Shown: piece after piece, positions 52,793 through 63,199 of the stretch | How positions within the stretch are numbered: position 1 is the stretch's first letter | Layout of the letters: every line of letters begins with the position of its first letter | NCBI GenBank assembly: GCA_963815225.1 | Contig: CAWFGA010000001.1 | Location: 258,952-322,951 of the forward strand | Direction of reading: 5' to 3' | DNA length: 64,000 nt | From: an uncultured Flavobacteriaceae bacterium | Lineage (GTDB): Bacteria; Bacteroidota; Bacteroidia; Flavobacteriales; Flavobacteriaceae | Translations under genes and position numbers: made by a program | The notes under the pieces: model-generated | Databases searched by the model: none | What the model was told of the DNA's origin: nothing | What the model saw: only the letters and a program-made list of their open reading frames with translations

Positions 52793-54031
52793 ATGAAACC
52801 AACCTATTTATCAGTACTTATTCTAACCATACTTTTCTCCTGTTCAACCAGCGATGACGAGGTTAATATGGAACCAGAGGAACAAAATAATGGGCCCATT
52901 GTTGAGACGGGTTTTTTTCCTTGTGAAAATGGCCTGGCCGGCAGCTATCCATGCAACGGGTATGACCTTTTGGCGCATATACCAATCAGTACGCTGGCGG
53001 CCCAGGCAGCAAATGATATTTGGGGCTGGACGGATACAAGTACGGGAAAAGAATATGCCCTTATGGGCCTTGATAATGGAACTGCATTTATCGATATTTC
53101 TGATGACCTAACCCCTGTATACCTAGGAAAGCTACCCACGGCAACAACGGCCAGTCCTTGGCGCGATGTAAAAGTGTATGGGGACTATGCTTATATCGTA
53201 TCGGAAGCGAATAATCATGGGGTACAGGTGTTTGATCTCAAAAAATTAAGGGATGTAGCAAACCCTCCACAAACCTTTTCTGCGGATAATAGCTATACCG
53301 GGCTGGGGAATGCACATAATATCGTAGTCAACGAACAATCAGGGTTTGCTTATCCCGTTGGTACGAATCGGGATGATGCATTCAACGGCGGGGTACATTT
53401 CCTGGACTTACAAAATCCCTTAAATCCGTCACCGGCAGGTGGGTGGGGTGTGAATGGGTATACCCACGATGCTCAAGTAGTAACCTATAGCGGTCCGGAT
53501 ACAGATTACTTAGGAGCAGAATTGTTTATTGGCGCAAATGAAGACCAGGTTGTTGTCGTTGATATTACCAATAAGGAAATCCCCCTTACCGTTTCCACAG
53601 TTCCCTATCCTAACATTGGGTATACCCACCAAGGCTGGTTTACAGAAGACCAACGGTATTTTATTTTAGGGGATGAGCTTGATGAAATCAACCAAGGTTT
53701 TAGATCTAGAACCCTTATTTTTGATATGACCGATTTGGAGAATCCCATTTTGCACCATACTTATTCCGGCCCTACGAATGCCATTGACCATAACGGCTAC
53801 GTTTTAGGGAATGAATTTTTCTTGGCGAATTATACGGCAGGGGTCCGTGTTTTGGATATTTCTGGAATTGCGGACAGAGCAGTAACGGAAAAAGCGTTTT
53901 TTGACACCTATCCTTTAAACGATGATACCCAATTTTCTGGAGTTTGGAGTGTCTACCCATATTTTGAGAGTGGTAAAATTATTATCAGTGACATCAACAA
54001 CGGCTTTTTTATCATTAAAAAATCGAACTAA
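52793..54031 (+). CDS. Choice-of-anchor B family lipoprotein
   Basis: Lipobox LFSC, NDIWGWTD, WRDVK, YTHDAQ, YTHQGW, DHNGYV, WSVYPYF. Confidence 0.87.
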   Translation: MKPTYLSVLILTILFSCSTSDDEVNMEPEEQNNGPIVETGFFPCENGLAGSYPCNGYDLLAHIPISTLAAQAANDIWGWTDTSTGKEYALMGLDNGTAFIDISDDLTPVYLGKLPTATTASPWRDVKVYGDYAYIVSEANNHGVQVFDLKKLRDVANPPQTFSADNSYTGLGNAHNIVVNEQSGFAYPVGTNRDDAFNGGVHFLDLQNPLNPSPAGGWGVNGYTHDAQVVTYSGPDTDYLGAELFIGANEDQVVVVDITNKEIPLTVSTVPYPNIGYTHQGWFTEDQRYFILGDELDEINQGFRSRTLIFDMTDLENPILHHTYSGPTNAIDHNGYVLGNEFFLANYTAGVRVLDISGIADRAVTEKAFFDTYPLNDDTQFSGVWSVYPYFESGKIIISDINNGFFIIKKSN

Positions 54032-54033
54032 TT

Positions 54034-55377
54034 ATGCGTAACCTCATTATATACGGCTTCCTTATGTTCTTTTTCTCCTGCGCAAAGGAAGAAGCGGAAG
54101 TTGCTTATGATTCCCTGCGAACAGATTTTGAGGGATCTTTGGAGTGGGTAAAAAGTTTTGGGGGGAGCGGTGCTGAAAGCGCTAATGCAATTATAAGGAC
54201 TAGCGATGGCGGGTTTGCGGTACTTGGGTATACCAGTAGTATTGATGGTGATATCACTACAAAAACCGAGGAAGAAAATGATTACTGGCTCTTAAAATTT
54301 GATACGGAAGGCAATCTTCAGTGGAACCGCACCTATGGCGGTAGTAAGGATGATGTTGGGCAAAGTCTGGCTCAAACAACAGATGGCGGTTATGTGCTAA
54401 CGGGCTATTCGATGAGCGATGATGGTGATGCATCCAAAAACCAGGGTTTTCATGATAATTGGATTCTAAAATTGGATGAAAAGGGCGATTTGGAATGGGA
54501 AAGTAGTTATGGTTTTTCAGGACATGATCATTCCTATGATATTTTACAGACAGCGGATGGCGGTTTTTTCTTTACAGGGTTTCTTGATATTACTTCTGCC
54601 CGTGCGGATGGAAATACAGAGAAAGGGAATGGGCTTACCAGCCATGGTGTGGGTGAGTTTTGGGGTACAAAGATTGATGAAGAGGGAAGCGTACAGTGGC
54701 GTGGGTATTTTGGAGGCACCAATAATGACAGGGCCCACGCCGTAGTGCAGGCAGCGGATGGCGGTTTTGTCATGACGGGGTTTTCGGAAAGTGATGATTT
54801 TGACATCAGCAATACCAATGGCAGCTATGATTTTTGGATGGTTAAGGTAGACACCTTTGGTAATTTGGCATGGGAACATTCTTTTGGAGGCTCTGGAATA
54901 GAAGTTTCCTATGATATTGCGAAAACCGAGGATGGCGGCTATGTTGTAGTGGGTAATACCTTTAGCAATGATGGGGATATTGCCCAAAATAAAGGGGCAT
55001 CTGATATTTGGATGGTAAAGGTTGACAGTGAAGGCAATTTGTTGTGGGAGCGCACTTTTGGCGGCAGCGAGTTTGACCTTGCACAGGCAGTGGTTCAAAG
55101 TAAGGATGGGGGGTACCTAATTACCGGAAACTCCAAAAGCAGTGATGTGGATGCCTTCGAAAATAATGGAGAAAATGACATTTGGGTCCTAAAAACGAAT
55201 GGTAATGGGGATGTAGTTTGGCAAAAGTCCTTTGGTGGATCAGGCCTTGATTTTGGCCTTGATTTACTTGAAGACGAAAACGGACATATTTTGGTAGTGG
55301 GCGAGTCTGCCAGTACTGATTTTGATTCCTTGCTTTCAAAGGGAAAAATAGACTTGATACTTCTTAAAATTAAATAG
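54034..55377 (+). CDS. Hypothetical beta-propeller lipoprotein
   Basis: Lipobox FFSC; repeated W...FGGS..D and D.W.LK.D..G units. Confidence 0.8.
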   Translation: MRNLIIYGFLMFFFSCAKEEAEVAYDSLRTDFEGSLEWVKSFGGSGAESANAIIRTSDGGFAVLGYTSSIDGDITTKTEEENDYWLLKFDTEGNLQWNRTYGGSKDDVGQSLAQTTDGGYVLTGYSMSDDGDASKNQGFHDNWILKLDEKGDLEWESSYGFSGHDHSYDILQTADGGFFFTGFLDITSARADGNTEKGNGLTSHGVGEFWGTKIDEEGSVQWRGYFGGTNNDRAHAVVQAADGGFVMTGFSESDDFDISNTNGSYDFWMVKVDTFGNLAWEHSFGGSGIEVSYDIAKTEDGGYVVVGNTFSNDGDIAQNKGASDIWMVKVDSEGNLLWERTFGGSEFDLAQAVVQSKDGGYLITGNSKSSDVDAFENNGENDIWVLKTNGNGDVVWQKSFGGSGLDFGLDLLEDENGHILVVGESASTDFDSLLSKGKIDLILLKIK

Positions 55378-55464
55378 CGACAACCGTCTTTTTCTATAGG
55401 AATCCCCTATGTGGATATACGTTATAATAATGTTAGGTTCTATGGTAAAAACCTACTTATGACG

Positions 55465-55499
55465 TATATTTGTAAACTATTTAGATTTAATCTAGTTAA
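55465..55499 (+). promoter_or_regulatory. suf promoter with overlapping palindromic operator
   Basis: TATATTTG at 55465-55472; TAGATT-T-AATCTA at 55482-55494. Confidence 0.55.
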
Positions 55500-55501
55500 T
55501 T

Positions 55502-55831
55502 ATGATTCAAGTATCAGAAACAGCCAAACAGAAAGTCATCAACCTTATGACAGAGGAAGGTTTTGATGCGGCTAAGGATTATGTTCGTGTTGGGGTTAAA
55601 AGTGGTGGATGCAGTGGGTTGTCCTACGAATTAAATTTTGATTCAAAAATAGACGAAGCGGACAAGGTCTTCGAGGACAACAATGTACGTATCATCGTTG
55701 ACAAAAAGAGCTTTTTATATTTAGTAGGTACCGTATTGGAATACTCTGGCGGACTAAACGGTAAGGGTTTTGTCTTTAATAACCCAAATGCGCAACGAAC
55801 TTGCGGATGTGGGGAGAGCTTTTCATTATAA
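55502..55831 (+). CDS. sufA: HesB/IscA/SufA family Fe-S carrier
   Basis: GGCSGLSY, NPNA..TCGCGESF. Confidence 0.9.
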   Translation: MIQVSETAKQKVINLMTEEGFDAAKDYVRVGVKSGGCSGLSYELNFDSKIDEADKVFEDNNVRIIVDKKSFLYLVGTVLEYSGGLNGKGFVFNNPNAQRTCGCGESFSL

Positions 55832-55877
55832 ATCGATAATTGTTGATTGAGTAAATTCAATTGACCAATTGAACTAT

Positions 55878-57324
55878 ATGGCATATACAGAAGAAGAATT
55901 AAAAAAAGAATTGGAAACCAAGGAGTATGAATATGGTTTCTACACGGATATAGAATCGGATACCTTTCCAAATGGCTTGAACGAGGAAATCGTAATTGCC
56001 ATATCCAAGAAAAAGGAGGAGCCTGAGTGGATGACACTTTGGCGTTTGGAAGCCTTTAAATATTGGAAAGAGATGAAAGAACCGGAATGGGCCAATGTCC
56101 ACTACAAGAAACCGGATTTTCAAGCGATTTCGTATTATTCCGCTCCAAAAAAGGCAGATCCCAATAAAACGTTGGATGATGTAGATCCCCAGTTATTGGA
56201 GATGTATAAAAAACTTGGAATTTCCGTAGACGAGCAAAAAAAGCTTCAGAATGTAGCGGTAGATATCGTTTTGGACTCAGTTTCGGTAGCCACTACGTTT
56301 AAAAAGACATTGGCGGAAAAGGGGATAATCTTTTGTTCCATTTCCGAAGCGATAAAAGAGCATCCAGAATTGGTGAGGAAGTATTTGGGTTCAGTCGTGC
56401 CTAAAAGGGATAATTTTTATGCGGCATTAAATTCAGCGGTTTTCTCTGATGGTAGCTTCTGTTATATTCCAAAAGGCGTACGGTGCCCAATGGAGTTGTC
56501 CACTTATTTTAGGATCAATCAAGCGGGAACAGGGACAATTTGAACGCACCTTGGTAATTGCCGAAAAAGGCAGTTATGTAAGTTACTTGGAAGGGTGTAC
56601 CGCTCCATCAAGAGATGAAAACCAACTGCATGCGGCCGTTGTGGAATTGATTGCTTTGGATGATGCGGAAATAAAATATTCAACGGTGCAGAATTGGTTC
56701 CCTGGAGGTAAGGATGGCAAAGGCGGTGTTTATAATTTTGTGACCAAAAGGGCCCTTTGCGAGAAAAATGCCAAAGTATCATGGACGCAGGTAGAAACAG
56801 GTTCTGCCGTTACTTGGAAGTATCCTTCCTGTATCTTAAAAGGAGATAACTCCATCGGGGAATTTTATTCCATTGCCGTTACCAATAATTACCAACAGGC
56901 AGACACGGGTACAAAAATGATTCATCTTGGGAAGAATACTAGGAGTACTATTATTTCTAAAGGTATTTCGGCCGGAAAGTCCCAGAATAGCTATAGGGGT
57001 TTGGTGCAAATCAATAGCCGTGCGGACAATGCCAGAAATTTTTCGCAGTGCGATTCCCTCTTAATGGGTAATGAGTGCGGTGCGCACACTTTCCCTTACA
57101 TTGAAGCCAACAATAAGACGGCCCAGGTAGAACATGAAGCTACGACGAGTAAAATTGGGGAAGACCAGATATTTTATTGCAATCAGCGAGGTATCGATAC
57201 GGAAAAGGCAATCGCATTGATCGTCAATGGTTTTAGCAAGGAAGTCTTGAATAAGCTGCCCATGGAGTTTGCGGTAGAGGCCCAAAAATTACTGGAAATA
57301 AGTTTGGAAGGGTCAGTAGGATAG
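55878..57324 (+). CDS. sufB: Fe-S cluster assembly protein SufB; extra G at 56532-56534 (probable sequencing error)
   Basis: [19 protein letters not shown] / [23 protein letters not shown]. Confidence 0.95.
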
Positions 57325-57355
57325 AAGTCAAAATATAAATAGATCAAGAACAACA

Positions 57356-58225
57356 ATGAAGAAAATAGTAGCTGTACTTGTTTTACTGATTTCTTTTTCC
57401 TGTAAGGAAGCGAAGAACGAGAACAAGGAAGAAATGGCGGTCGAGGAAATAGCAACCCCAGAAATAAAACTATACGCGTTCAATGGTGGAACCGTAATGG
57501 CGAACAACCTAAATTTATTTGCCCAAGGAGACACCTACAAAGGAGAAAGTAAGGAATTAAGCGATGCTTTTTTTGTTATTGAACATCCAAAGGGAACTTT
57601 ATTATGGGATACTGGGCTACCGGAAATGCTGGTTGGGAATGAACCCTATACAACTCCTGATGGTGGATTTACGATATCACGGAAAGACAGTACCCTAAAT
57701 CAGTTGAAATCGATTGGCTTTGATTCTTCCGATGTGGAAATGATTGCTTTTTCTCATATCCATTTCGATCATACGGGTGGGGCAAACCATTTTGCCAATG
57801 CAACTTGGTTGGTACAACAAACGGAGGTTGATTTTATCAACAGCGAAGCCATCCAAGGAAATGGTTTTTACGCGCCAGATTCTTTTTCCAAATTGGAAAA
57901 CAAGCATATTTTAAAAGGGGATTATGATGTTTTTGGTGATGGAACGGTGGTTATAAAATATTATCCAGGTCATACGGCAGGACACCAGGCCCTATTTTTG
58001 GACCTGCCCAAAGAGGGCCCTACGATGTTATCTGGCGATATATATCATTTTGAGGCCAATAGGGAAAATGGGATTGTTCCGCAATTTAATTACGACATTC
58101 CAGAAAGCGAGGCAAGCATCAAGGCCTTTGAGGCTTTTGTAAAGGAGAAACAAGCCAAAGTATATATTCAACATGACAAAGGGAATTTTGAGGCTATGCC
58201 CAAAGCCCCTAACTATTTAAACTAA
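57356..58225 (+). CDS. N-acyl homoserine lactonase family lipoprotein (MomL-like, metallo-beta-lactamase fold)
   Basis: Lipobox SFSC, SHIHFDH (HxHxDH), DVFGDG, PGHTAGH, SGD.YH, IQH. Confidence 0.88.
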   Translation: MKKIVAVLVLLISFSCKEAKNENKEEMAVEEIATPEIKLYAFNGGTVMANNLNLFAQGDTYKGESKELSDAFFVIEHPKGTLLWDTGLPEMLVGNEPYTTPDGGFTISRKDSTLNQLKSIGFDSSDVEMIAFSHIHFDHTGGANHFANATWLVQQTEVDFINSEAIQGNGFYAPDSFSKLENKHILKGDYDVFGDGTVVIKYYPGHTAGHQALFLDLPKEGPTMLSGDIYHFEANRENGIVPQFNYDIPESEASIKAFEAFVKEKQAKVYIQHDKGNFEAMPKAPNYLN

Positions 58226-58230
58226 AAACA

Positions 58231-58983
58231 ATGCTTAAAATTAAAAACTTACACGCCAGTGTCGAGGATAAGGAAATATTAAAAGGAATCAACCTTGAGG
58301 TGAACGCAGGAGAGGTACATGCCATTATGGGTCCTAATGGGTCAGGTAAAAGTACACTTGCCGCTGTAATAGCCGGTAAAGAGGAGTTTGAAGTCACCAA
58401 GGGTTCCGTAGAGCTCGATAACGAGAACTTGGAAGAGGTTTCTCCCGAAGAAAGAGCCCATAAGGGTGTATTTTTATCTTTTCAATATCCCGTTGAAATA
58501 CCGGGTGTCTCGGTTACCAACTTTATGAAAACTGCAATCAATGAATCGCGTAAGGCAAGAGGTTTAGAGGATATGCCGGCCAAGGACATGCTGAAATTGA
58601 TCCGTGAAAAATCAGAATTGTTGGAAATTGACAGAAAGTTCCTTTCTAGGTCGTTGAACGAAGGGTTTTCTGGTGGGGAGAAGAAACGAAACGAGATTTT
58701 TCAAATGGCCATGTTAGAACCAAAGTTGGCTATTTTGGATGAGACAGATTCCGGTTTGGACATTGATGCACTGCGCATTGTGGCGAGTGGTGTCAATAAA
58801 CTAAAGAGTAAGGATAATGCAGTGATTCTAATTACGCACTATCAGCGCCTTTTGGAATATATAGTTCCAGATTTTGTACATGTTTTACACAACGGTAAAA
58901 TTGTAAAATCCGGTGGAAAAGAATTGGCACTGGAACTAGAAGAAAAAGGATACGATTGGTTGAAGCAGGAAGCTGCGGTTTAA
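58231..58983 (+). CDS. sufC: Fe-S cluster assembly ATPase SufC
   Basis: GPNGSGKST, FQYPVEIPG, FSGGEKKR, DETDSGLD. Confidence 0.97.
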   Translation: MLKIKNLHASVEDKEILKGINLEVNAGEVHAIMGPNGSGKSTLAAVIAGKEEFEVTKGSVELDNENLEEVSPEERAHKGVFLSFQYPVEIPGVSVTNFMKTAINESRKARGLEDMPAKDMLKLIREKSELLEIDRKFLSRSLNEGFSGGEKKRNEIFQMAMLEPKLAILDETDSGLDIDALRIVASGVNKLKSKDNAVILITHYQRLLEYIVPDFVHVLHNGKIVKSGGKELALELEEKGYDWLKQEAAV

Positions 58984-59058
58984 AAAGGGCTTTGGTACAA
59001 AGTTAAGCGTATGAGATGTACGTTCATTTTTCACCAATTTCTCTAATACTTAAAAAAA

Positions 59059-60375
59059 ATGGATTTAAAAGATAAATTAATTTCTTCCTTTATGGCCTTC
59101 GAAAACAACGTGGATGTAGAACATCCCGTACATGACGTTCGTATGGCTGCCATAAAGAATTTTGAGGAAAAGGGATTCCCCTCTAAAAAAGAGGAAGCAT
59201 GGAAATACACATCGTTAAATAGCTTACAGAAAATCGATTTCAGTATTTTTCCAAAGCAAGAGAACGCACTGGAATATAAAGATGTAAAGCGTTATTTCAT
59301 TCATGAAATCGATTCCTATAAAATTGTTTTTATCGATGGTATTTATAGTTCTTATCTCTCAGAGACCACCCATGATGGCGTGGATATCTGTTTAATGAGT
59401 TCTGCGTTGACCAAACCCATGTACAAGCAGATTATTGATGTTTATTTCAATAAGGTTGCCTCTAGGGAAGAATCCTTGACCACATTAAATACTGCATTTA
59501 GCAGGGAGGGTGCCTATATCTATATTCCAAAGAACAAAATGCCCAAAAAGCCAATCGAAATCATTCATTTTTCAACAGGCAACGAGGCTTCTTTACTATT
59601 ACAGCCTAGGAATTTGGTCGTAGTAGAGGAAAATGCAGAAGTGCAGATTATAGAACGTCATCAAAGTTTGACCACCAATGAGGTATTGACCAATGCCGTA
59701 ACGGAGATTTTTGCGGCCAAGAATGCCATTGTTGATTTTTACAAAATACAGAATGACGCCCCTACTGCCTCGTTAATTGACAATACCTATATTGATCAAC
59801 GGGATAAAAGCGTTGTAAAGGTGCATACCTTTTCTTTTGGTGGTAAGCTTACCCGTAACAATATGAACTTTTATCAAAATGGGGAATATATAGATTCTAC
59901 CATGAAAGGGGTCACTATTCTGGGTGAAAAACAGCATGTAGACCACCATACCTTGGTACATCATATACAACCCAATTGCGAGAGTCATCAAGATTATAAA
60001 GGAATCTATGGGGATAGTGCTACGGGTGTTTTCAATGGTAAGATCATCGTGGATAAAATTGCCCAAAAAACGAACGCTTTCCAGCAAAACAATAATATTT
60101 TGGTGAGCGATAAGGCCAGTATAAACACCAAACCGCAATTAGAGATTTTTGCGGACGATGTAAAATGCTCCCATGGTTGTACCATTGGGCAATTGGATGA
60201 GGATGCCTTATTTTATTTACAATCTAGGGGAATCCCTAAGAAAGAAGCCAGGGCCTTACTCATGTACGCTTTTGCCAATAATGTTTTGTCTTCCGTTCGT
60301 ATACCAGAGTTGAAGACCAGGATCAATAAACTGATTGCAAAGAAACTAGGGGTAAACCTTGGGTTTGATTTGTAG
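59059..60375 (+). CDS. sufD: Fe-S cluster assembly protein SufD
   Basis: EAWKYT, KPQLEIFADDVKCSHG, FYLQSRGI. Confidence 0.96.
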   Translation: MDLKDKLISSFMAFENNVDVEHPVHDVRMAAIKNFEEKGFPSKKEEAWKYTSLNSLQKIDFSIFPKQENALEYKDVKRYFIHEIDSYKIVFIDGIYSSYLSETTHDGVDICLMSSALTKPMYKQIIDVYFNKVASREESLTTLNTAFSREGAYIYIPKNKMPKKPIEIIHFSTGNEASLLLQPRNLVVVEENAEVQIIERHQSLTTNEVLTNAVTEIFAAKNAIVDFYKIQNDAPTASLIDNTYIDQRDKSVVKVHTFSFGGKLTRNNMNFYQNGEYIDSTMKGVTILGEKQHVDHHTLVHHIQPNCESHQDYKGIYGDSATGVFNGKIIVDKIAQKTNAFQQNNNILVSDKASINTKPQLEIFADDVKCSHGCTIGQLDEDALFYLQSRGIPKKEARALLMYAFANNVLSSVRIPELKTRINKLIAKKLGVNLGFDL

Positions 60376-60381
60376 TATTCC

Positions 60382-61044
60382 ATGATTTATAAAAAACGAA
60401 ATAAAAGAGCCTTTTTTACTTGGGCTCTTTTTTTGTTTCTATACCAGCCCGGAATTTCACAGGAAACACATATTGGAATTAAGGGTGGATTGAATTATTC
60501 TTCTGTTGTAGGTGATCTGACCGATGGACTTAAGTTTCGACTCTCGGTCCATGGAGGTTTGTTTTTGGAAATAGATTTTTCTGAAAAATTCAAATTGCAA
60601 CCAGAGCTACTCTACTCTTCGCAAGGATTTCAGTTCAGTACAGATTTGGCGGCTATTCAAAATGGCGGTTCTACAGGAGCGGAAAATGATTTTAGGACCA
60701 ACGTTCAATTTAATTTTATTACCATTCCCATAGTGGGAAAATTTGCACTTAATGACCGCTTGGATATAGAATTTGGCCCACAGTTTGGATTTTTGTTAAA
60801 TCAAGTGACTAAGACTAAGGATTTAGATCAAAACACCAATAGTGAAGTGGATAGAAAGTCAGTTGTTTCCGGGAACTTTCAATTAGATTACGGTGCTGCT
60901 GTAGGCCTTGGAATTGAATTGAATGACAATGTATCAGTGTCGCCAAGATTCTATATTGGGCTTAGGAATAGACTTAATGGTTTACCAGGTGCACAGAATT
61001 ATAATGCCTCCCTACAACTATCCATAAACTATCTATTCAGGTAA
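60382..61044 (+). CDS. Outer membrane beta-barrel (PorT/porin family) protein
   Basis: GIKGGLN.S, LQPELLYSSQG, GPQFGFL, C-terminal INYLF. Confidence 0.85.
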   Translation: MIYKKRNKRAFFTWALFLFLYQPGISQETHIGIKGGLNYSSVVGDLTDGLKFRLSVHGGLFLEIDFSEKFKLQPELLYSSQGFQFSTDLAAIQNGGSTGAENDFRTNVQFNFITIPIVGKFALNDRLDIEFGPQFGFLLNQVTKTKDLDQNTNSEVDRKSVVSGNFQLDYGAAVGLGIELNDNVSVSPRFYIGLRNRLNGLPGAQNYNASLQLSINYLFR

Positions 61045-61201
61045 TTCAGGGAACTTTAAGGGTAAAGTTCGCTTATCGAAACCTAGAATTAAATCTGAAT
61101 ACTTTTGGGAAATAATTATATAATTTTTAACAAAGCGGCATATTTTCCTACACGATTACCATCTATTTTAGCTAGGTTAATATTCAAATTAACCCTCAAT
61201 T

Positions 61202-61822
61202 ATGAAAAAAATAATACTAAGTGTTGTCATAGGGTTTTCAACCTTTTTTTCTTTGGCACAAGACCTTAATTGGAGTATAGAGGCCAATTACCCATTAAAC
61301 GTAACAAGCGGTTCTGGTTTTGGGGAAAAAGACGGAATCTTAGATTTAGGAATCAAATACAGATTTTTAGATTTTGGTCTTATACAACTGGGAGCGGGTG
61401 TGAGTACCTCCTATTATCTTAATAATTCTGATTTCATCTACGGGAGTCAAGAGAATCCTTCAGTTGAAGTCGATTACAAATCCAATAGTTTTTTGATACA
61501 ACCTAAAATTTTTGCAGAACTTTCCCTGCCTGGTATTTCTAAATTAAAACCACAGATTGGGCTGGGCTATTCCTTAGTTATAGACGACGCCTATTTAAGG
61601 GATGGTGATAACGTTGTTTTTGATGAGACCGAGTCTGATTTTGGTTTGAATTTAAATATTGGACTTTCTTACGATTTTTCCAAAAGACTTTTTATCCAAA
61701 TTCAATATGACTATTTCAATTTCATAAGGAAAGGCGAAACAAATTTTGACGATGTAACTGTTCCCTTTGATTTTAAGGAAGATGTTGGCTTGTTGAAAGC
61801 TGGACTTGGTTTAAGATTTTAA
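61202..61822 (+). CDS. Outer membrane beta-barrel protein
   Basis: Signal peptide, amphipathic strands, C-terminal GLGLRF. Confidence 0.82.
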   Translation: MKKIILSVVIGFSTFFSLAQDLNWSIEANYPLNVTSGSGFGEKDGILDLGIKYRFLDFGLIQLGAGVSTSYYLNNSDFIYGSQENPSVEVDYKSNSFLIQPKIFAELSLPGISKLKPQIGLGYSLVIDDAYLRDGDNVVFDETESDFGLNLNIGLSYDFSKRLFIQIQYDYFNFIRKGETNFDDVTVPFDFKEDVGLLKAGLGLRF

Positions 61823-61862
61823 TCCCATTTAGTTAATAGAATTACAAAAGAATAGTTGTATG

Positions 61863-61893
61863 CCCGATATGTTTTCTATATCGGGTATCTTTG
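61863..61893 (+). promoter_or_regulatory. Hairpin plus internal promoter element for sufS
   Basis: CCCGATAT...ATATCGGG then TATCTTTG at 61886-61893. Confidence 0.5.
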
Positions 61894-61911
61894 TATACAA
61901 GAAGATTGGCT

Positions 61912-63126
61912 ATGTTAGACATAAAGAAAATAAGGGAGGATTTCCCTATCCTTAAGCGTGAGGTCAACGGTAAACCGTTGGTTTATTTGGACAATGCCGC
62001 TACCTCGCAAACCCCACAGCAGGTCATCGATGTTATCGTGGATTACTACCAAAATTACAATGCAAATATCCACCGTGGTGTCCATGCACTTTCACAGGAG
62101 GCGACGGATAAGTATGAGCAAGCGCGTGAAAAAATACGAAGCCACTTTAATGCGGCCCATACCCATGAAATTATTTTTACTTCAGGCACCACGCACAGTA
62201 TCAATATTGTGGCGAATGGTTTTTCATCACTCATTAAAAAAGGGGATGAGGTCTTGGTTTCGGCCATGGAGCATCACTCCAATATAGTGCCATGGCAAAT
62301 GTTGTGCGAAAGAACGGGTGCTGTCTTAAAAGTAATCCCTATGAACCAAGAGGGAGAATTGCTTATGGATGTGTACGATGAGTTGGTATCAGAAAGGACT
62401 AAACTGGTATTTTGCAACCACATTTCCAATGCCCTTGGAACGATAAACCCCATAGAGGAGATTATCAAAAAGGCACATGGTGTAGGTGCAGCCGTATTGA
62501 TAGATGGCGCGCAGGCCGCACCGCATTTGGTGGCAGATGTGCAGGCACTCGATGTTGATTTCTATACATGTTCAGCACATAAGATTTGCGGTCCTACGGG
62601 TGTGGGTATGCTCTATGGAAAAGAGGAATGGCTTACTAAGTTACCACCCTATCAAGGGGGCGGGGAAATGATAGCCGAGGTCACTTTTAAAAAAACGACC
62701 TATGCAGGCCTTCCCCATAAGTTTGAAGCGGGTACTCCTAATATTTCTGGTGGTATTGCTTTTGGCGCTGGGTTGGATTATATGAACAAAATAGGTTTTG
62801 AAGCTATTGCGGCTTACGAAAAAGAACTTTTGGACTATGCCACCCAAGAGTTGTTGAAGATAGAGGGATTGCGGATCTATGGTACAGCGAGAAAAAAGAC
62901 ATCGGTCGTTTCGTTCAATATAGACGGCATACATCCCTATGATATCGGAAGTATTTTAGATAAACTAGGTATTGCTGTCCGCACCGGGCACCATTGTGCC
63001 CAGCCTATTATGGATTTTTACAAGATACCGGGAACGGTGCGTGCAAGTTTTACCTTTTACAATACAAGGGAAGAGGTTGATGTTTTGGTAGCCGGCATAA
63101 TGAAAGCCAAATCGATGCTGCTCTAA
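61912..63126 (+). CDS. sufS: Cysteine desulfurase SufS
   Basis: YLDNAAT, EHHSNIVPW, SAHK (PLP), RTGHHCAQP. Confidence 0.96.
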   Translation: MLDIKKIREDFPILKREVNGKPLVYLDNAATSQTPQQVIDVIVDYYQNYNANIHRGVHALSQEATDKYEQAREKIRSHFNAAHTHEIIFTSGTTHSINIVANGFSSLIKKGDEVLVSAMEHHSNIVPWQMLCERTGAVLKVIPMNQEGELLMDVYDELVSERTKLVFCNHISNALGTINPIEEIIKKAHGVGAAVLIDGAQAAPHLVADVQALDVDFYTCSAHKICGPTGVGMLYGKEEWLTKLPPYQGGGEMIAEVTFKKTTYAGLPHKFEAGTPNISGGIAFGAGLDYMNKIGFEAIAAYEKELLDYATQELLKIEGLRIYGTARKKTSVVSFNIDGIHPYDIGSILDKLGIAVRTGHHCAQPIMDFYKIPGTVRASFTFYNTREEVDVLVAGIMKAKSMLL

Positions 63127-63199
63127 TAGAGACGTATTTGGATGGGCCAAAGTATTGAAATCCATCTATTCTTATTGTATTTTTGTAGAAAATAAAGTC

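Noticed and set aside
54100-55300. Repeated GATGGCGG / TTTGG motifs resembling a DNA repeat array
   Set aside because: They encode propeller blade repeats; no constant repeat-spacer structure, so not CRISPR.
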